From: an uncultured virus (IMG/VR IMGVR_UViG_3300008113_011796)
Taxonomy: Duplodnaviria > Heunggongvirae > Uroviricota > Caudoviricetes
Direction: 5' to 3' (one strand)
Length of the DNA stretch: 64,000 nt
Virus record (IMG/VR): IMGVR_UViG_3300008113_011796
The position numbers were made by a program, and so were the translations under genes. Below, one piece after another: positions 19,042-28,045 of this stretch (its first letter is position 1; every line of letters starts with the position of its first letter). The notes beneath the pieces are model-generated. The model was not told the DNA's origin. It saw only the letters and a list, made by a program, of their open reading frames with translations, and did no database searches.

Positions 19042-19535
19042 GTTTTACGTTTCTTTTCCTCGAGATATGCCTTGAGGTCGTCCCAAGTGACCTGTCCTGG
19101 GTTGCTGAAGACTTTGTTAGGATCGCCTTTAGGTTTCTCCTCGAGCTTCTTGAGTTCGTTGTTCTTCTTCAGCTCATCGTACCTCTCGTCGCACTCCTTG
19201 AGTATGCTGCCGAGGTAGGAATCCACTCCTTTCTCGTTTATGTACCTCTCGTCGAAGTCGAATATGAACTCCTCGAAGTTTTCGCCGTAGTAGATAGCGA
19301 GAACGTTTTCCCTGATGTAGTGGTCGCTGTAGAACTTGATGTCGCCTACGTTGCCCTTTCCGTAGATCATAGTGTTGTAGCGGCTCGAGTAGAAGTAGTT
19401 GAATTTGTCTTTGTCGTTGTAGACTCTGTTAGCGCCCTTCTCGATGGTCTGCACAAGACCCAGGTTCTTTCTGAAGTACCTCGACTTATAAAAGAAGCCT
19501 ACTACGTAATCGTTTGATACAATGTTTAGTCCCAT
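19032..19535 (-). CDS. Hypothetical protein
   Basis: 167 aa, preceded on the minus strand by the canonical T4 late box TATAAATA (19541-19548). Confidence 0.8.
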   Translation of the reverse strand: MGLNIVSNDYVVGFFYKSRYFRKNLGLVQTIEKGANRVYNDKDKFNYFYSSRYNTMIYGKGNVGDIKFYSDHYIRENVLAIYYGENFEEFIFDFDERYINEKGVDSYLGSILKECDERYDELKKNNELKKLEEKPKGDPNKVFSNPGQVTWDDLKAYLEEKKRKTQL

Positions 19536-19540
19536 AAACC

Positions 19541-19548
19541 TATTTATA
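19541..19548 (-). promoter_or_regulatory. T4-type late promoter TATAAATA
   Basis: Exact T4 gp55 consensus, 5 nt before the ATG, same spacing as the ATATATA boxes. Confidence 0.6.
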
Positions 19549-19566
19549 AAGGTCTCGGTCTTTCCC

Positions 19567-20106
19567 TTACTCGGTCTCTATGCCTAGGCCTTCAGTCTTG
19601 TCACCGTCGACTTTGAGCTTCAGCTCGATCAGCATGTCCTCGTCTATTTCCTTGAGTGGTACCGTCTCCGAGATTTTCTTGTCGATCTTGTCGCCGTTGT
19701 TGTACCTGACGAACTTGACCCTGCAGTCCTTTATCTTCTCGAAGTCGAAATCCTCTGTGCCCGTCGGCACAGCCTGCTTTATGTCGATCATGAAGTAGAT
19801 CTTGTACCACGCCTCGGCCTCCTCGATGGTCACCGTCAGCGTCGCTGCCTGTCTCGAGATGTTTGCGTCTATAAGCTCTGCACCGTAGTCCTTGAAGTTT
19901 ATCTTCTTGGCAGCAGCCGCCTTCTCGTCGCCTTTCTTCCTGGCTTGGGCGAAGCTGATGAGCTCGTCCTCTGAGTCCTCGTTCTCGTCCTCCGGGAACA
20001 TGTCGTTTATCTTGTCCAGTATGTCCCTGAGTGCCTGCTCGACGTAGTCCTCGGCAGTGTCGTTCAAAGTCTCTTTAATGTATTCGTGGAACTTAGTTAT
20101 CTTCAT
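19567..20106 (-). CDS. Acidic hypothetical protein with N-terminal tag (MKITKFHEYIKE)
   Basis: 179 aa, AATATATA box upstream. Confidence 0.8.
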   Translation of the reverse strand: MKITKFHEYIKETLNDTAEDYVEQALRDILDKINDMFPEDENEDSEDELISFAQARKKGDEKAAAAKKINFKDYGAELIDANISRQAATLTVTIEEAEAWYKIYFMIDIKQAVPTGTEDFDFEKIKDCRVKFVRYNNGDKIDKKISETVPLKEIDEDMLIELKLKVDGDKTEGLGIETE

Positions 20107-20139
20107 CTTTGTAGTTCTTTTGGTAGTTTATATATTATT

Positions 20140-20445
20140 CTAAAGAGACTGTATTTGTGCCATGTATCCGGTGACTCCTGCCTCGTTTAGGTTGCCTACC
20201 GCTCCGCTAGCGACCGGGGTGGTGTCGCAGTACTTTCCCTCCGAGTCAAGCACCCTGACCTCGAATAGCTCCGGCCCGCCTATTGTCTGAGGCCCTCTGG
20301 CGACCTGAACGCCGTAGCCGTTCTGGAACTGCATCAGCGCGTACACCCCGAGGTCCGGGACCTTAGGGTACTGTTTTACCCAGATGTGGTACTCCTCAGG
20401 CGGTACCGGCCTTCCTCTCCATTGTAAGTCGGTGAATGTGTACAT
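20140..20445 (-). CDS. Conserved phage hypothetical protein
   Basis: 'FQNGYGVQV...LFEVRVL...TTPV...G.L....VT..M.QIQSL' pattern. Confidence 0.7.
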   Translation of the reverse strand: MYTFTDLQWRGRPVPPEEYHIWVKQYPKVPDLGVYALMQFQNGYGVQVARGPQTIGGPELFEVRVLDSEGKYCDTTPVASGAVGNLNEAGVTGYMAQIQSL

Positions 20446-20446
20446 A

Positions 20447-21199
20447 TCATTTGTTATTGTTTTTGTAGTGTGGTTCTAAAAACAGCTTGATTGCCTTGTT
20501 GATACTTGCGCCGCTCGCGTCAAGGTCCTCAACGTCTAGCTCCTCCAGGTCCCTGAGCAGCCTTGCTCTCGCGTCTCCCATGCTGGTGAAGTGCAGGTTC
20601 ACCGAGGACTCGCCTGAGTACAGTCGCAGCATTTTCATGCTGATTTCCTCGTCCCAGATCGCGGTTCTTTCCACGATTGGGTAGAGTGTCTTCAGTATGT
20701 TCAGCACCCTCTGGACCTGCGTCGCCTCGGGGCCGAACGGTATCTCCTGTGACGTCGATATCCTGCTAGGCACAGAGAAGACCATCCTGACCGATACGAG
20801 CGCCGTGACGTCGCCGAAAAGCCTCTGTAGCTTATCCTCCGCGTCGTCTTCCGGCTTGAAGCTCGCCGTCTTCTGTGCAACCAGGTGCGCTCTCTCGTCG
20901 TTGGCGAACGAGTATTCCTTCGCGTAGAGGATGACCGCCAGGTAGGGCTTTAGCCCCTCGTCCTCGCAGAGCCTGATTACGTAGCTAAGTCTCTCGGCGA
21001 CGTCCTCTGCCTTTCCTTCGAGCTGGCTTACTCTTTCCTGGCTCCGGTCGAACGGCGAGTCCGACATGATCTCGACGTCGAGGCGCTCTCCTTCGACGTA
21101 AACGTTCGACGTGTAGCCGTCGGGAAGGTCGTACATGACCTCCTTCGTCGTCTGCAGTATGTAGTCCATGCCGCCGAAGCTCTCGAATCTCTTTATCAT
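20447..21199 (-). CDS. Hypothetical protein with N-terminal tag (MIKRFESF)
   Basis: True start inferred at ATG 21199, 4 nt after the AATATATA box (21204-21211). Confidence 0.75.
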   Translation of the reverse strand: MIKRFESFGGMDYILQTTKEVMYDLPDGYTSNVYVEGERLDVEIMSDSPFDRSQERVSQLEGKAEDVAERLSYVIRLCEDEGLKPYLAVILYAKEYSFANDERAHLVAQKTASFKPEDDAEDKLQRLFGDVTALVSVRMVFSVPSRISTSQEIPFGPEATQVQRVLNILKTLYPIVERTAIWDEEISMKMLRLYSGESSVNLHFTSMGDARARLLRDLEELDVEDLDASGASINKAIKLFLEPHYKNNNK

Positions 21200-21236
21200 A
21201 TTGTATATATTAAAATGGTTCGCTATATTTGTGAAC

Positions 21237-21572
21237 ATGAGCAGGACAATAAAAACTAACTCCGGTTCCAGGTTCGTTACGAGCATAGGCACCGAGAGGT
21301 TCATCGCCCTACTTTGCAAGGAGGTCGGCGCAAAGCACGAGGAGGATCCGATGGGGTCCGGTCCGGTGATGGCGTACGAGATGAGCGAGGACGAGGCGAA
21401 CGACGCGGCGTACAGGATAGTCGAGTTCCTTTCCAGGGAGAGGTACTTCAGGTTCTTCAACAAGATAAAGGCGATCGCGTTCGGGCCGGACGCGACCATC
21501 GAGACATTCGTCACCGCCGCGGAGTGCGTGGTGAACGACCTAAGGCTTTCGAAGGGCTACGAGTGCGTGTGA
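21237..21572 (+). CDS. Hypothetical protein
   Basis: ATG 5 nt after TATATTTG (21224-21231). Confidence 0.7.
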   Translation: MSRTIKTNSGSRFVTSIGTERFIALLCKEVGAKHEEDPMGSGPVMAYEMSEDEANDAAYRIVEFLSRERYFRFFNKIKAIAFGPDATIETFVTAAECVVNDLRLSKGYECV

Positions 21573-21581
21573 GTGTATTTT

Positions 21582-21737
21582 CTACTTAATTTTATCTTTA
21601 TTCTCCTTGATGAAGTCGGACATATACCTCTCAATCAATTTGGACATATTTATTGACATATGATTACATATTTCTATAAATTCTCTCGAAACTTCTTTAT
21701 CAATCGAGAAGTTTTGTCTTTTTTTATTTTTTATCAT
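21582..21737 (-). CDS. 51-aa ribbon-helix-helix-like DNA-binding protein (not in ORF track)
   Basis: MIKNKKRQNFSIDKEVSREFIEICNHMSINMSKLIERYMSDFIKENKDKIK: beta-strand, helix, 'NMSKLIE' helix. Overlaps the endonuclease stop. Confidence 0.65.
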   Translation of the reverse strand: MIKNKKRQNFSIDKEVSREFIEICNHMSINMSKLIERYMSDFIKENKDKIK

Positions 21738-22533
21738 AAAATCTATTTTTTTGCCAATAGTTTTTATTGGGTCTATCTACATTGTATTTTCGTAGACAAT
21801 AACTAATCTTTCTAATCGATACGCCAATAATCTTTGATATGTTTGGTATTGGTTCTTTCCACAGATACATTTTAATCTTTTCCAATAGTTCTGTTGTATC
21901 GGTGTACCGATTTTCTACTCGATATGCTTTCTTAGCGAGGAATATTTCTTTGTAGAACTTTTCCAGATCCTCTGAAAGATACTCTCCTCTTCTCTCTTCG
22001 AAGTTAATATGACAATCGGGTCCTAAAAGAAAAAGTGAAACTTTATCATATATTTCAGCAGCCTCAATTTCAGTTTGTGCATATTTGTCTTTTGTCAATA
22101 TTTTATTTTGAATTCTACACTTCCACGTCATTTTACTATCGGACCAGGATACGCCTTTGTATTCGCTATGCTTTTTATTTTTCGGTGAATAGTCCTTACC
22201 TAGTCTAAACTTAGATAGTTCTTCCTTCAATTCATCTGTTACAAATTTGTTATCACCGCAACCTCTTACATTGTATCCAAATGGTGTGTAGCTTTTGTAT
22301 TCCTCCGCGTATTTTATTTCGTAAAAATTTAGATCTTCGATAGATTTTACATCTTCTTCTAATATCTCAACATCAAAGTTATCCAAGCCATATTTATTAA
22401 CAGAATTTTTCAAATGTTTGTTGTGTGTGTATAGCCACCATTTACCACCGTTATATCTATTATTGAACTGGTTAACAGATTGACCGATATATGTCTTACC
22501 ATTTATTTTGTTGGTTATTTTGTATATAATCAT
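21724..22533 (-). CDS. GIY-YIG homing endonuclease with AP2-like and HTH DNA-binding modules
   Basis: 'IIYKITNKINGKTYIGQS', 'GYN', 'SEYKGVSW...EIEAAEIYD...INF'. Markedly AT-rich relative to flanks. Confidence 0.9.
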   Translation of the reverse strand: MIIYKITNKINGKTYIGQSVNQFNNRYNGGKWWLYTHNKHLKNSVNKYGLDNFDVEILEEDVKSIEDLNFYEIKYAEEYKSYTPFGYNVRGCGDNKFVTDELKEELSKFRLGKDYSPKNKKHSEYKGVSWSDSKMTWKCRIQNKILTKDKYAQTEIEAAEIYDKVSLFLLGPDCHINFEERRGEYLSEDLEKFYKEIFLAKKAYRVENRYTDTTELLEKIKMYLWKEPIPNISKIIGVSIRKISYCLRKYNVDRPNKNYWQKNRFYDKK

Positions 22534-22570
22534 TTTTCATTTTTTTCTTTATATATTAAGTAATCGTGTG

Positions 22571-22578
22571 TATCTTTG
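22571..22578 (+). promoter_or_regulatory. Bacteroidota-type -7 promoter (TATCTTTG)
   Basis: Exact consensus, 5 nt before uvsE ATG 22584. Confidence 0.7.
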
Positions 22579-22583
22579 TGTAT

Positions 22584-23498
22584 ATGATAGGATATTGCTG
22601 TATAAATCTCTCAATTAACGAGGGAAGGAAGAAAAAAGACTTTATTTCGGTGAATAGAGGTATGACTAAAAAGACCTTTGAGTCTAAGGGATTGACATAT
22701 GTATCCGAACTCGCGATTAAGAACTTAGAAGATTGTAAAAGGATACTTCAGTGGAACATAGAAAATGACATAAAAGTGTACCGAATGTCAAGTGATATGT
22801 TTCCGTGTCTTGGTTTCTATAAGATTATGGATCTCCCGAAGATAAATGAAATAAAAAATATTCTATCGAGCATCGGTGAATACATTAAGGAAAATGATAT
22901 GAGAGTTTCATTTCATCCAAGTCATTTCTGTGTAATAGCATCCGAAAACGACTCTGTAGTAAGTAGTGCGATCGACGAGCTCAACAAGCACGCGGAGCTT
23001 ATGGACCTTATGTGTCTGGACCAGACAAGACAATACCCGATAAACATACACATCAACACGACCAAGCCGACCAGGGAAGAGGCCGCGCAGAGGTTCGTCG
23101 ACAAGTTCGATCTGCTGTCGGACTCCTGCAAGTCAAGGCTGACGCTCGAGAACGACGACAGCCCTAACCAGTACTCTGTGAAGATACTGCACGATCTGGT
23201 TTACTCCAAGACGGGAATACCGATCGTGTTCGACCAGCACCACTTCAACTACGGCCCGCAGGACCAGACGATGCAGGAAGCACTGACGCTTGCTCTTTCT
23301 ACCTGGGCTGGCATAAGGCCGCTTACTCACATGAGCTCGCCTAAGACGCACGAGGATCAGAAGGGAAGGGCTACGGCACACGCGGACTACATCTACGAGA
23401 GGATCGAGACGTTCGACCTGGAGTTCGACGTCGAGATTGAGGCTAAGGCGAAGGACCTAGCGGTCATAAAGTACAGAGAGCAATACCTAAAATCCTGA
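22584..23498 (+). CDS. uvsE: UV-damage endonuclease UvsE/UvdE
   Basis: 'IGYCCIN', 'YRMSSDMFP', 'RVSFHPSHF', 'LTLENDD', 'PIVFDQHH', 'AHADY', 'EAKAKDLA'. Confidence 0.93.
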   Translation: MIGYCCINLSINEGRKKKDFISVNRGMTKKTFESKGLTYVSELAIKNLEDCKRILQWNIENDIKVYRMSSDMFPCLGFYKIMDLPKINEIKNILSSIGEYIKENDMRVSFHPSHFCVIASENDSVVSSAIDELNKHAELMDLMCLDQTRQYPINIHINTTKPTREEAAQRFVDKFDLLSDSCKSRLTLENDDSPNQYSVKILHDLVYSKTGIPIVFDQHHFNYGPQDQTMQEALTLALSTWAGIRPLTHMSSPKTHEDQKGRATAHADYIYERIETFDLEFDVEIEAKAKDLAVIKYREQYLKS

Positions 23499-23499
23499 T

Positions 23500-24000
23500 A
23501 TGAGACTATTCGACATATTCAAAAAGAAGAAGCCTGTTCAGCAGGAGACTGTTCCGAACAAAAAGAAGAAGGTGGCGCTCGACAAGGAGATGGACTTTCC
23601 GAGTGAGAAGTTCGACGAGGACAGATACCTCGCAGACACCTTCGAGGACGTGTTCAGGGCGATACGCTACGACGGGTGGAAGCGCGAGTTCACGAGCTAC
23701 GGCGAGATGCACTTCACGAAGGACAAAGTACAGGTGAAGATACACTTCTCGGACTACAGTACTTTCTACATAAAGAGGATCGAGCTGCATGCCGCGTACA
23801 CTACCTTCATATACAGAGAAGAGCTTGACGTGGACCACTACAATATGTTCTACGAGATCTACCGCGACTTCATCATTGCGCAGAACGAGGGAAAGAAGAA
23901 GAACATCGAGAAGAGCATGAAGGAGATACGCAACGTGTTGGGCAAGGCCGTTATCAGGGACAGTAAGATTGACAGGCTTCTCGACTCGGATGAAGAATAG
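23500..24000 (+). CDS. Hypothetical protein with C-terminal tag (RDSKIDRLLD)
   Basis: 166 aa, coupled to uvsE. Confidence 0.8.
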   Translation: MRLFDIFKKKKPVQQETVPNKKKKVALDKEMDFPSEKFDEDRYLADTFEDVFRAIRYDGWKREFTSYGEMHFTKDKVQVKIHFSDYSTFYIKRIELHAAYTTFIYREELDVDHYNMFYEIYRDFIIAQNEGKKKNIEKSMKEIRNVLGKAVIRDSKIDRLLDSDEE

Positions 24001-24244
24001 TATTTTCCATAGAGGGGATTTGGTCGTCTGCATCGATCCGGGCAGTGCCAAGCTTACCGCCGGCAAGACCTATGTCGTGCTCACCGCGTCAATGCTTCCG
24101 TGTGGCATCGACGAGTGGGACTTGTTCATAGACATCAGGGACGACCTCGGCGTGTGCGGTTATTCTTTCGCACACCGTTTCATCCACTTTTCCGAATGGC
24201 TCGAGTCGAACAGGGAAAGACAGCTGAAGATACTCGGCGTGTGA
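23990..24244 (+). CDS. Small SH3-like hypothetical protein with C-terminal tag (RERQLKILGV)
   Basis: ATG 23990, 'FHRGDLVVCID...LTAGKTYVV'. Confidence 0.7.
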   Translation: MKNSIFHRGDLVVCIDPGSAKLTAGKTYVVLTASMLPCGIDEWDLFIDIRDDLGVCGYSFAHRFIHFSEWLESNRERQLKILGV

Positions 24245-24257
24245 TATATAACTTCCT

Positions 24258-24767
24258 ATGGGAAGGAAATCATCAATCAGGAAGATAAAGAGAGACAACA
24301 GCGCCTCAAAGAACATCGAGGCCTGCCTCGTCATGCACCTCTACGAGAAGGCGCACAGTCCAATCACGACCAGGTTCACAGGGATGGGCCTGGCTGAGTG
24401 CGACGTCGTGTCCGTCTCGAAGGCGGGTTACATCTACGAGTACGAGATAAAGACCAGCCGTGCCGACTACAAGAAGGATTTCATAAAAGAAAAACACCAG
24501 AACATGCTGAACGAGAACTGCACGCGTACCTACCGTGGCGAGCAGCTGTGGCTTACCGCGAACTACTTCACGTTCGTCACGCCGGAAGGCCTGATACAGG
24601 CTGACGAGGTCCCGGAGTACGCAGGCCTTACCTGGCTGACCGAGACCGGTGAGTTCGTCGTTGTTAAGAAGCCGAAGCTTATACACAAAACGAAGGCGGA
24701 TGAGAGGTTCATCCGCCAGTTGGCCCACAATCTTACTTGCAAGCTGGTATTCAGGAAAGTTGATTAG
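24258..24767 (+). CDS. PD-(D/E)xK nuclease-fold protein (MmcB-like)
   Basis: 'ECDVVSVSKAGYIYEYEIKTSRADYKKD', 'NYFTFVTP', 'VPEYAGL'. Confidence 0.75.
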   Translation: MGRKSSIRKIKRDNSASKNIEACLVMHLYEKAHSPITTRFTGMGLAECDVVSVSKAGYIYEYEIKTSRADYKKDFIKEKHQNMLNENCTRTYRGEQLWLTANYFTFVTPEGLIQADEVPEYAGLTWLTETGEFVVVKKPKLIHKTKADERFIRQLAHNLTCKLVFRKVD

Positions 24768-25326
24768 CGTCTGTGTAGGTTACGTCTGCCGGTCCTCCGA
24801 TTGGCTGGTAGAGCTTGAACCTGTTGCAGCTGTCTATGACCCATTGGTTGTGCTCGATGAACTTAGGGTTCACCAATCCTACGGTTATGTGGAACGTGTG
24901 GAACGGCTTGCCTAGCCCCATCGCTGTCCTGACGTTCATCAAATCGTCGGAGTAGGCCTTTATGTGCCACCACATCTTGTCGTCCTTACGGTTGCATCTT
25001 ATTAGCGTCGGGTCGTACTGTATTGTCACCTCCTTGCCGTGGAACAGCTCTTTCGCCTGTAGGTATATCTCGTCGTCGACTATGTCGTTTATCGCGGTGA
25101 CGTGGGTTCCCCTGAGCGGGTCGTTGAGCCTTCCCTTCCACTCGAAAGGCATGGTGTCCGGTATTCTAAGGCCGAACCTCTGCTCGAGCAGCCACTTGTA
25201 GTATCGGTAGGTCTCGTCTTCCTGCGGGAAGCGGGCCATGGCCACCTTCTTCCAGGTCGACTGCTGGTGGTGCTTCTTCGACACGTTGATTGGGTCGAAC
25301 TCTAATATGGCTTTTACTTCGTACAT
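24751..25326 (-). CDS. Putative 2H phosphoesterase
   Basis: Two HxT motifs about 70 aa apart: 'GTHVTAI' and 'FHITVG'. TATATTTG box 4 nt upstream. Confidence 0.6.
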   Translation of the reverse strand: MYEVKAILEFDPINVSKKHHQQSTWKKVAMARFPQEDETYRYYKWLLEQRFGLRIPDTMPFEWKGRLNDPLRGTHVTAINDIVDDEIYLQAKELFHGKEVTIQYDPTLIRCNRKDDKMWWHIKAYSDDLMNVRTAMGLGKPFHTFHITVGLVNPKFIEHNQWVIDSCNRFKLYQPIGGPADVTYTDANQLS

Positions 25327-25379
25327 GCTACAAATATAATCATTTTATTCCTTATATTCGTATAAACAAAAGGCAAGGT

Positions 25380-25487
25380 ATGAATGTTTACAGGATGGAA
25401 AGGATGAAGAGCAAGGTTCCGAATAGGTACAGGAGAGACGACTATCTCAGAAGATTTCTCCTCGAGCTGAGGATAACCCTGATATAG
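25380..25487 (+). CDS. 35-aa basic hypothetical peptide
   Basis: MNVYRMERMKSKVPNRYRRDDYLRRFLLELRITLI after a TATATTCG box. Confidence 0.35.
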   Translation: MNVYRMERMKSKVPNRYRRDDYLRRFLLELRITLI

Positions 25488-25491
25488 AAAA

Positions 25492-25929
25492 TCATTTCGA
25501 CAGACCCGGGAAGTTTGCCCTCACGTTGTCGTTTATCCTTATCGCCTCGTCGTACTCGTTGATGCGGACGAACACTGTCTCGCACCTTATGGCGAGCGTT
25601 TCCTTCTCGGTGTCGACCGAGTGCGTCCTTATCTCAGCGGTCAGCGTTATCGACGTGTTACCAATCTTCTTTATGCCGACGTAAGTCTTGTAGATCTGGT
25701 TCGGGTGTATTTTGTTCACGAACTCGACGTTCATCGTCTTCGTCACTATCCATGGCGTGTCGCACACCTCTGCGGCGAAGACGGCGCATACTGAATCAAG
25801 TTCCTGTAGGAGGTCCCCGCCGAACATTCGGTTGTGTATGCCAACCTCCTTTCCCTTGCAGAACTGGCTGTTCCTGCATATCAGCTCGCCGTTGTTGAGC
25901 AGTGCCCTGTTGAAGTCTCTCTGTTTCAT
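25492..25929 (-). CDS. Hotdog-fold acyl-CoA thioesterase
   Basis: 'HNRMFGGDLLQELD', 'VT..MNVEF', 'KKIGNTSITL', 'FVRIN'. Confidence 0.82.
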   Translation of the reverse strand: MKQRDFNRALLNNGELICRNSQFCKGKEVGIHNRMFGGDLLQELDSVCAVFAAEVCDTPWIVTKTMNVEFVNKIHPNQIYKTYVGIKKIGNTSITLTAEIRTHSVDTEKETLAIRCETVFVRINEYDEAIRINDNVRANFPGLSK

Positions 25930-25930
25930 A

Positions 25931-26143
25931 TCAATCCCAGATTGGTTCCCACGATCCGTTGTTCAGGTAGCTGCCCTCGATGAACTCGTTTGTCGACGCG
26001 TTCCAGATGTCGTACCTCGGGTACTGCTCCGACGGATCGGTTCCGTGCACGAACGTTATCTCGAAGCGGTTAGTGTCCTCTCCGGTGTGCCAGTCGGTCA
26101 CGCATCTGACGTGCGCGCCCTCGATGAATTCTTTTTCCCACAT
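25931..26143 (-). CDS. Hypothetical protein
   Basis: 70-aa ORF within the operon. Confidence 0.6.
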   Translation of the reverse strand: MWEKEFIEGAHVRCVTDWHTGEDTNRFEITFVHGTDPSEQYPRYDIWNASTNEFIEGSYLNNGSWEPIWD

Positions 26144-26149
26144 GTTAGT

Positions 26150-26860
26150 CTATGCTTTGTTTCTATACATTCTATCGCAGTGCGGGCAAAAGTTCAGTTC
26201 CGAGCGTATGATAAGACCGCAATCGCAGTGCGGAAACATGCTTTTCATCCTGAGCGAGACCGGCGATTGCCAGAAGGCACAGGCCTTTATCGGAACGTGT
26301 TTCGGCCTTACACCTGCGTCGTTGAGAATTTTACCGACGTTGGCGTCCTCGAAGATCGATACCGGCTTTTGTCCGAATATGTGGCACAGTAGTTCTTTTG
26401 AGACGTAGTAGCCGCCACCGGAGCAGTACTCGCACGCAGGTATTATCTGGCGTGTGTTGTTGATTTCTTTCGATTCGCACTTGTTGAAGTGGTAGTCGGA
26501 AAGCGACTCCTCGACATTGTTCTTTATTCCGAAGTATTTGTGCTTCTTGTTGTCTTTGATGAATTTGCTCAGGAGTTCCAGGTCGAGAGAGATGTCGTCG
26601 TCGGTCTTGAATACTCCGTCTATGAATTCGCCATAGACGTCGTGTGCGAATTTCATGGCCAGTGCCACCTTCTCGGAAAGTGACTCGTAGTTGTCCGCCA
26701 CTCTGAGCCTTACGGTGTTCGATTCCTCGTCCACCTGAAACTCGTCTTTGATTTCTTTGTCGCCGACGAAATAGTGGCAGATGAAATCTTCGTGTGTCAG
26801 CTCTCTCCTTTCGTGTTGCGAGTTCTGGTGGCTGACTATCAATAGTAGCGTCTTTAGCAT
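26150..26860 (-). CDS. Glycosyltransferase (GT31/galactosyltransferase-like) with C-terminal Cys knuckle
   Basis: 'DNYESLSEK', 'FKTDDD', 'YCSGGGYYVS', 'FEDANVG'. Confidence 0.78.
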   Translation of the reverse strand: MLKTLLLIVSHQNSQHERRELTHEDFICHYFVGDKEIKDEFQVDEESNTVRLRVADNYESLSEKVALAMKFAHDVYGEFIDGVFKTDDDISLDLELLSKFIKDNKKHKYFGIKNNVEESLSDYHFNKCESKEINNTRQIIPACEYCSGGGYYVSKELLCHIFGQKPVSIFEDANVGKILNDAGVRPKHVPIKACAFWQSPVSLRMKSMFPHCDCGLIIRSELNFCPHCDRMYRNKA

Positions 26861-27456
26861 CGGTAGTCAACGTCCTTTTTTTCGATGTCTGAGTAGCCGC
26901 TTCTCTGTGAGAAGGGCATGCCGTCGATGCCGAGCCATCTGTGCTCGCTCTGCAGCTTCTTCCAGTTCTGGTCGATGGCCGCTTTGTCTGGGTGAACCCC
27001 GGAGCTGAGTAGCACGATTGACTCCTCGAAGTTCGAAATCAGTGTGTCGATGTAGTCTGGGCTTGGCGAGTACGCCGCCGTCGTTTGTGCCTCGATTACA
27101 CGAATGATACCGTAATCAATTGTTTTCTTCTGTAGCACGTTGCCGGAAAGCATAAGCACGTCGTGTTCGATGCTGTGCGCCCTTTCGAGAGTGCTTGGAT
27201 CGACCTGCGACCTGACCTCGATGTCGTCTTCGACCACGAGTGCGCGCGTGTACCCTTTGGACCTTATCCTCTTAAGTACTTCGACGTGGCTCATCGCGCA
27301 GCCGATTGATCCGTTCTCGTGCTCGAGCGCAACGAACCGCTCGATCCTTGTCTTGTCGGTGACTAGGCTGTGCAGCAGGTTTTCTGTCTGCGCTCGTCTG
27401 TCCAGTCTACGCTCAAGGTTTATGTAAATTATTCGGTCAAATAGGTCGAGGTTCAT
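26854..27456 (-). CDS. Glycosyltransferase family 25
   Basis: 'YINLERRLDRR', 'GCAMSH', 'LVVEDD'. Confidence 0.88.
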   Translation of the reverse strand: MNLDLFDRIIYINLERRLDRRAQTENLLHSLVTDKTRIERFVALEHENGSIGCAMSHVEVLKRIRSKGYTRALVVEDDIEVRSQVDPSTLERAHSIEHDVLMLSGNVLQKKTIDYGIIRVIEAQTTAAYSPSPDYIDTLISNFEESIVLLSSGVHPDKAAIDQNWKKLQSEHRWLGIDGMPFSQRSGYSDIEKKDVDYRC

Positions 27457-27881
27457 CAGTCTATCGTTTCGTATTTAGTTATCTCGATGCCCGCGTTCCT
27501 AAGGAAGTCCAGACCCGCGGTGTCCTTGTAGTCCTCGCCGTAGACCAGCCTCTTTATTCCTGACTGCAGTATAAGCCTCGAGCAGTCCTTGCACGGGCTG
27601 TGCGTCTGGTATATCGTCGCTCCGTCGCAGGACTGCCCGTTCCTGGCACACTTAAGTATCGCGTTGGCCTCTCCGTGGATCACCTCCCACTTCGTCTCGC
27701 CTGTCTCAAGCTCGCACGCGTTGTCGAACCCGGTAGGCGTGCCGTTGTACCCGTCGGACACGATCATTCCGTTCTTCACGATGAGTGCGCCGACCTGCTT
27801 ACGAGTGCAGTGGGACAGCTTGGCCCACTCTCTTGCCATCCTCAGGTATGTCTTGTCGTATCGCTGCTGCTTATCCCCCAT
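27456..27881 (-). CDS. dCMP deaminase
   Basis: 'SDGYNGTP', 'HGEANAI', 'SPCKDC'. Confidence 0.93.
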   Translation of the reverse strand: MGDKQQRYDKTYLRMAREWAKLSHCTRKQVGALIVKNGMIVSDGYNGTPTGFDNACELETGETKWEVIHGEANAILKCARNGQSCDGATIYQTHSPCKDCSRLILQSGIKRLVYGEDYKDTAGLDFLRNAGIEITKYETID

Positions 27882-28045
27882 AGTTCCTCTATTTTCTTCT
27901 TTCTACTTTCGCTCTTGAAGAGATCATGCCATTTGTCCGCGATGTAGCTGCTTACGACGAGGTGGTTCGCGGCGCCTCGGTTCGCCGAGTTGGCGATTTT
28001 GTTGCTGGCCTCGAGTATCTTCTGCATCAGGCTTCTCTGGTTCAT
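27842..28045 (-). CDS. Small hypothetical protein with C-terminal-type tag (RKKKIEELWG)
   Basis: Coupled to the nusG stop. Confidence 0.6.
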   Translation of the reverse strand: MNQRSLMQKILEASNKIANSANRGAANHLVVSSYIADKWHDLFKSESRKKKIEELWGISSSDTTRHT

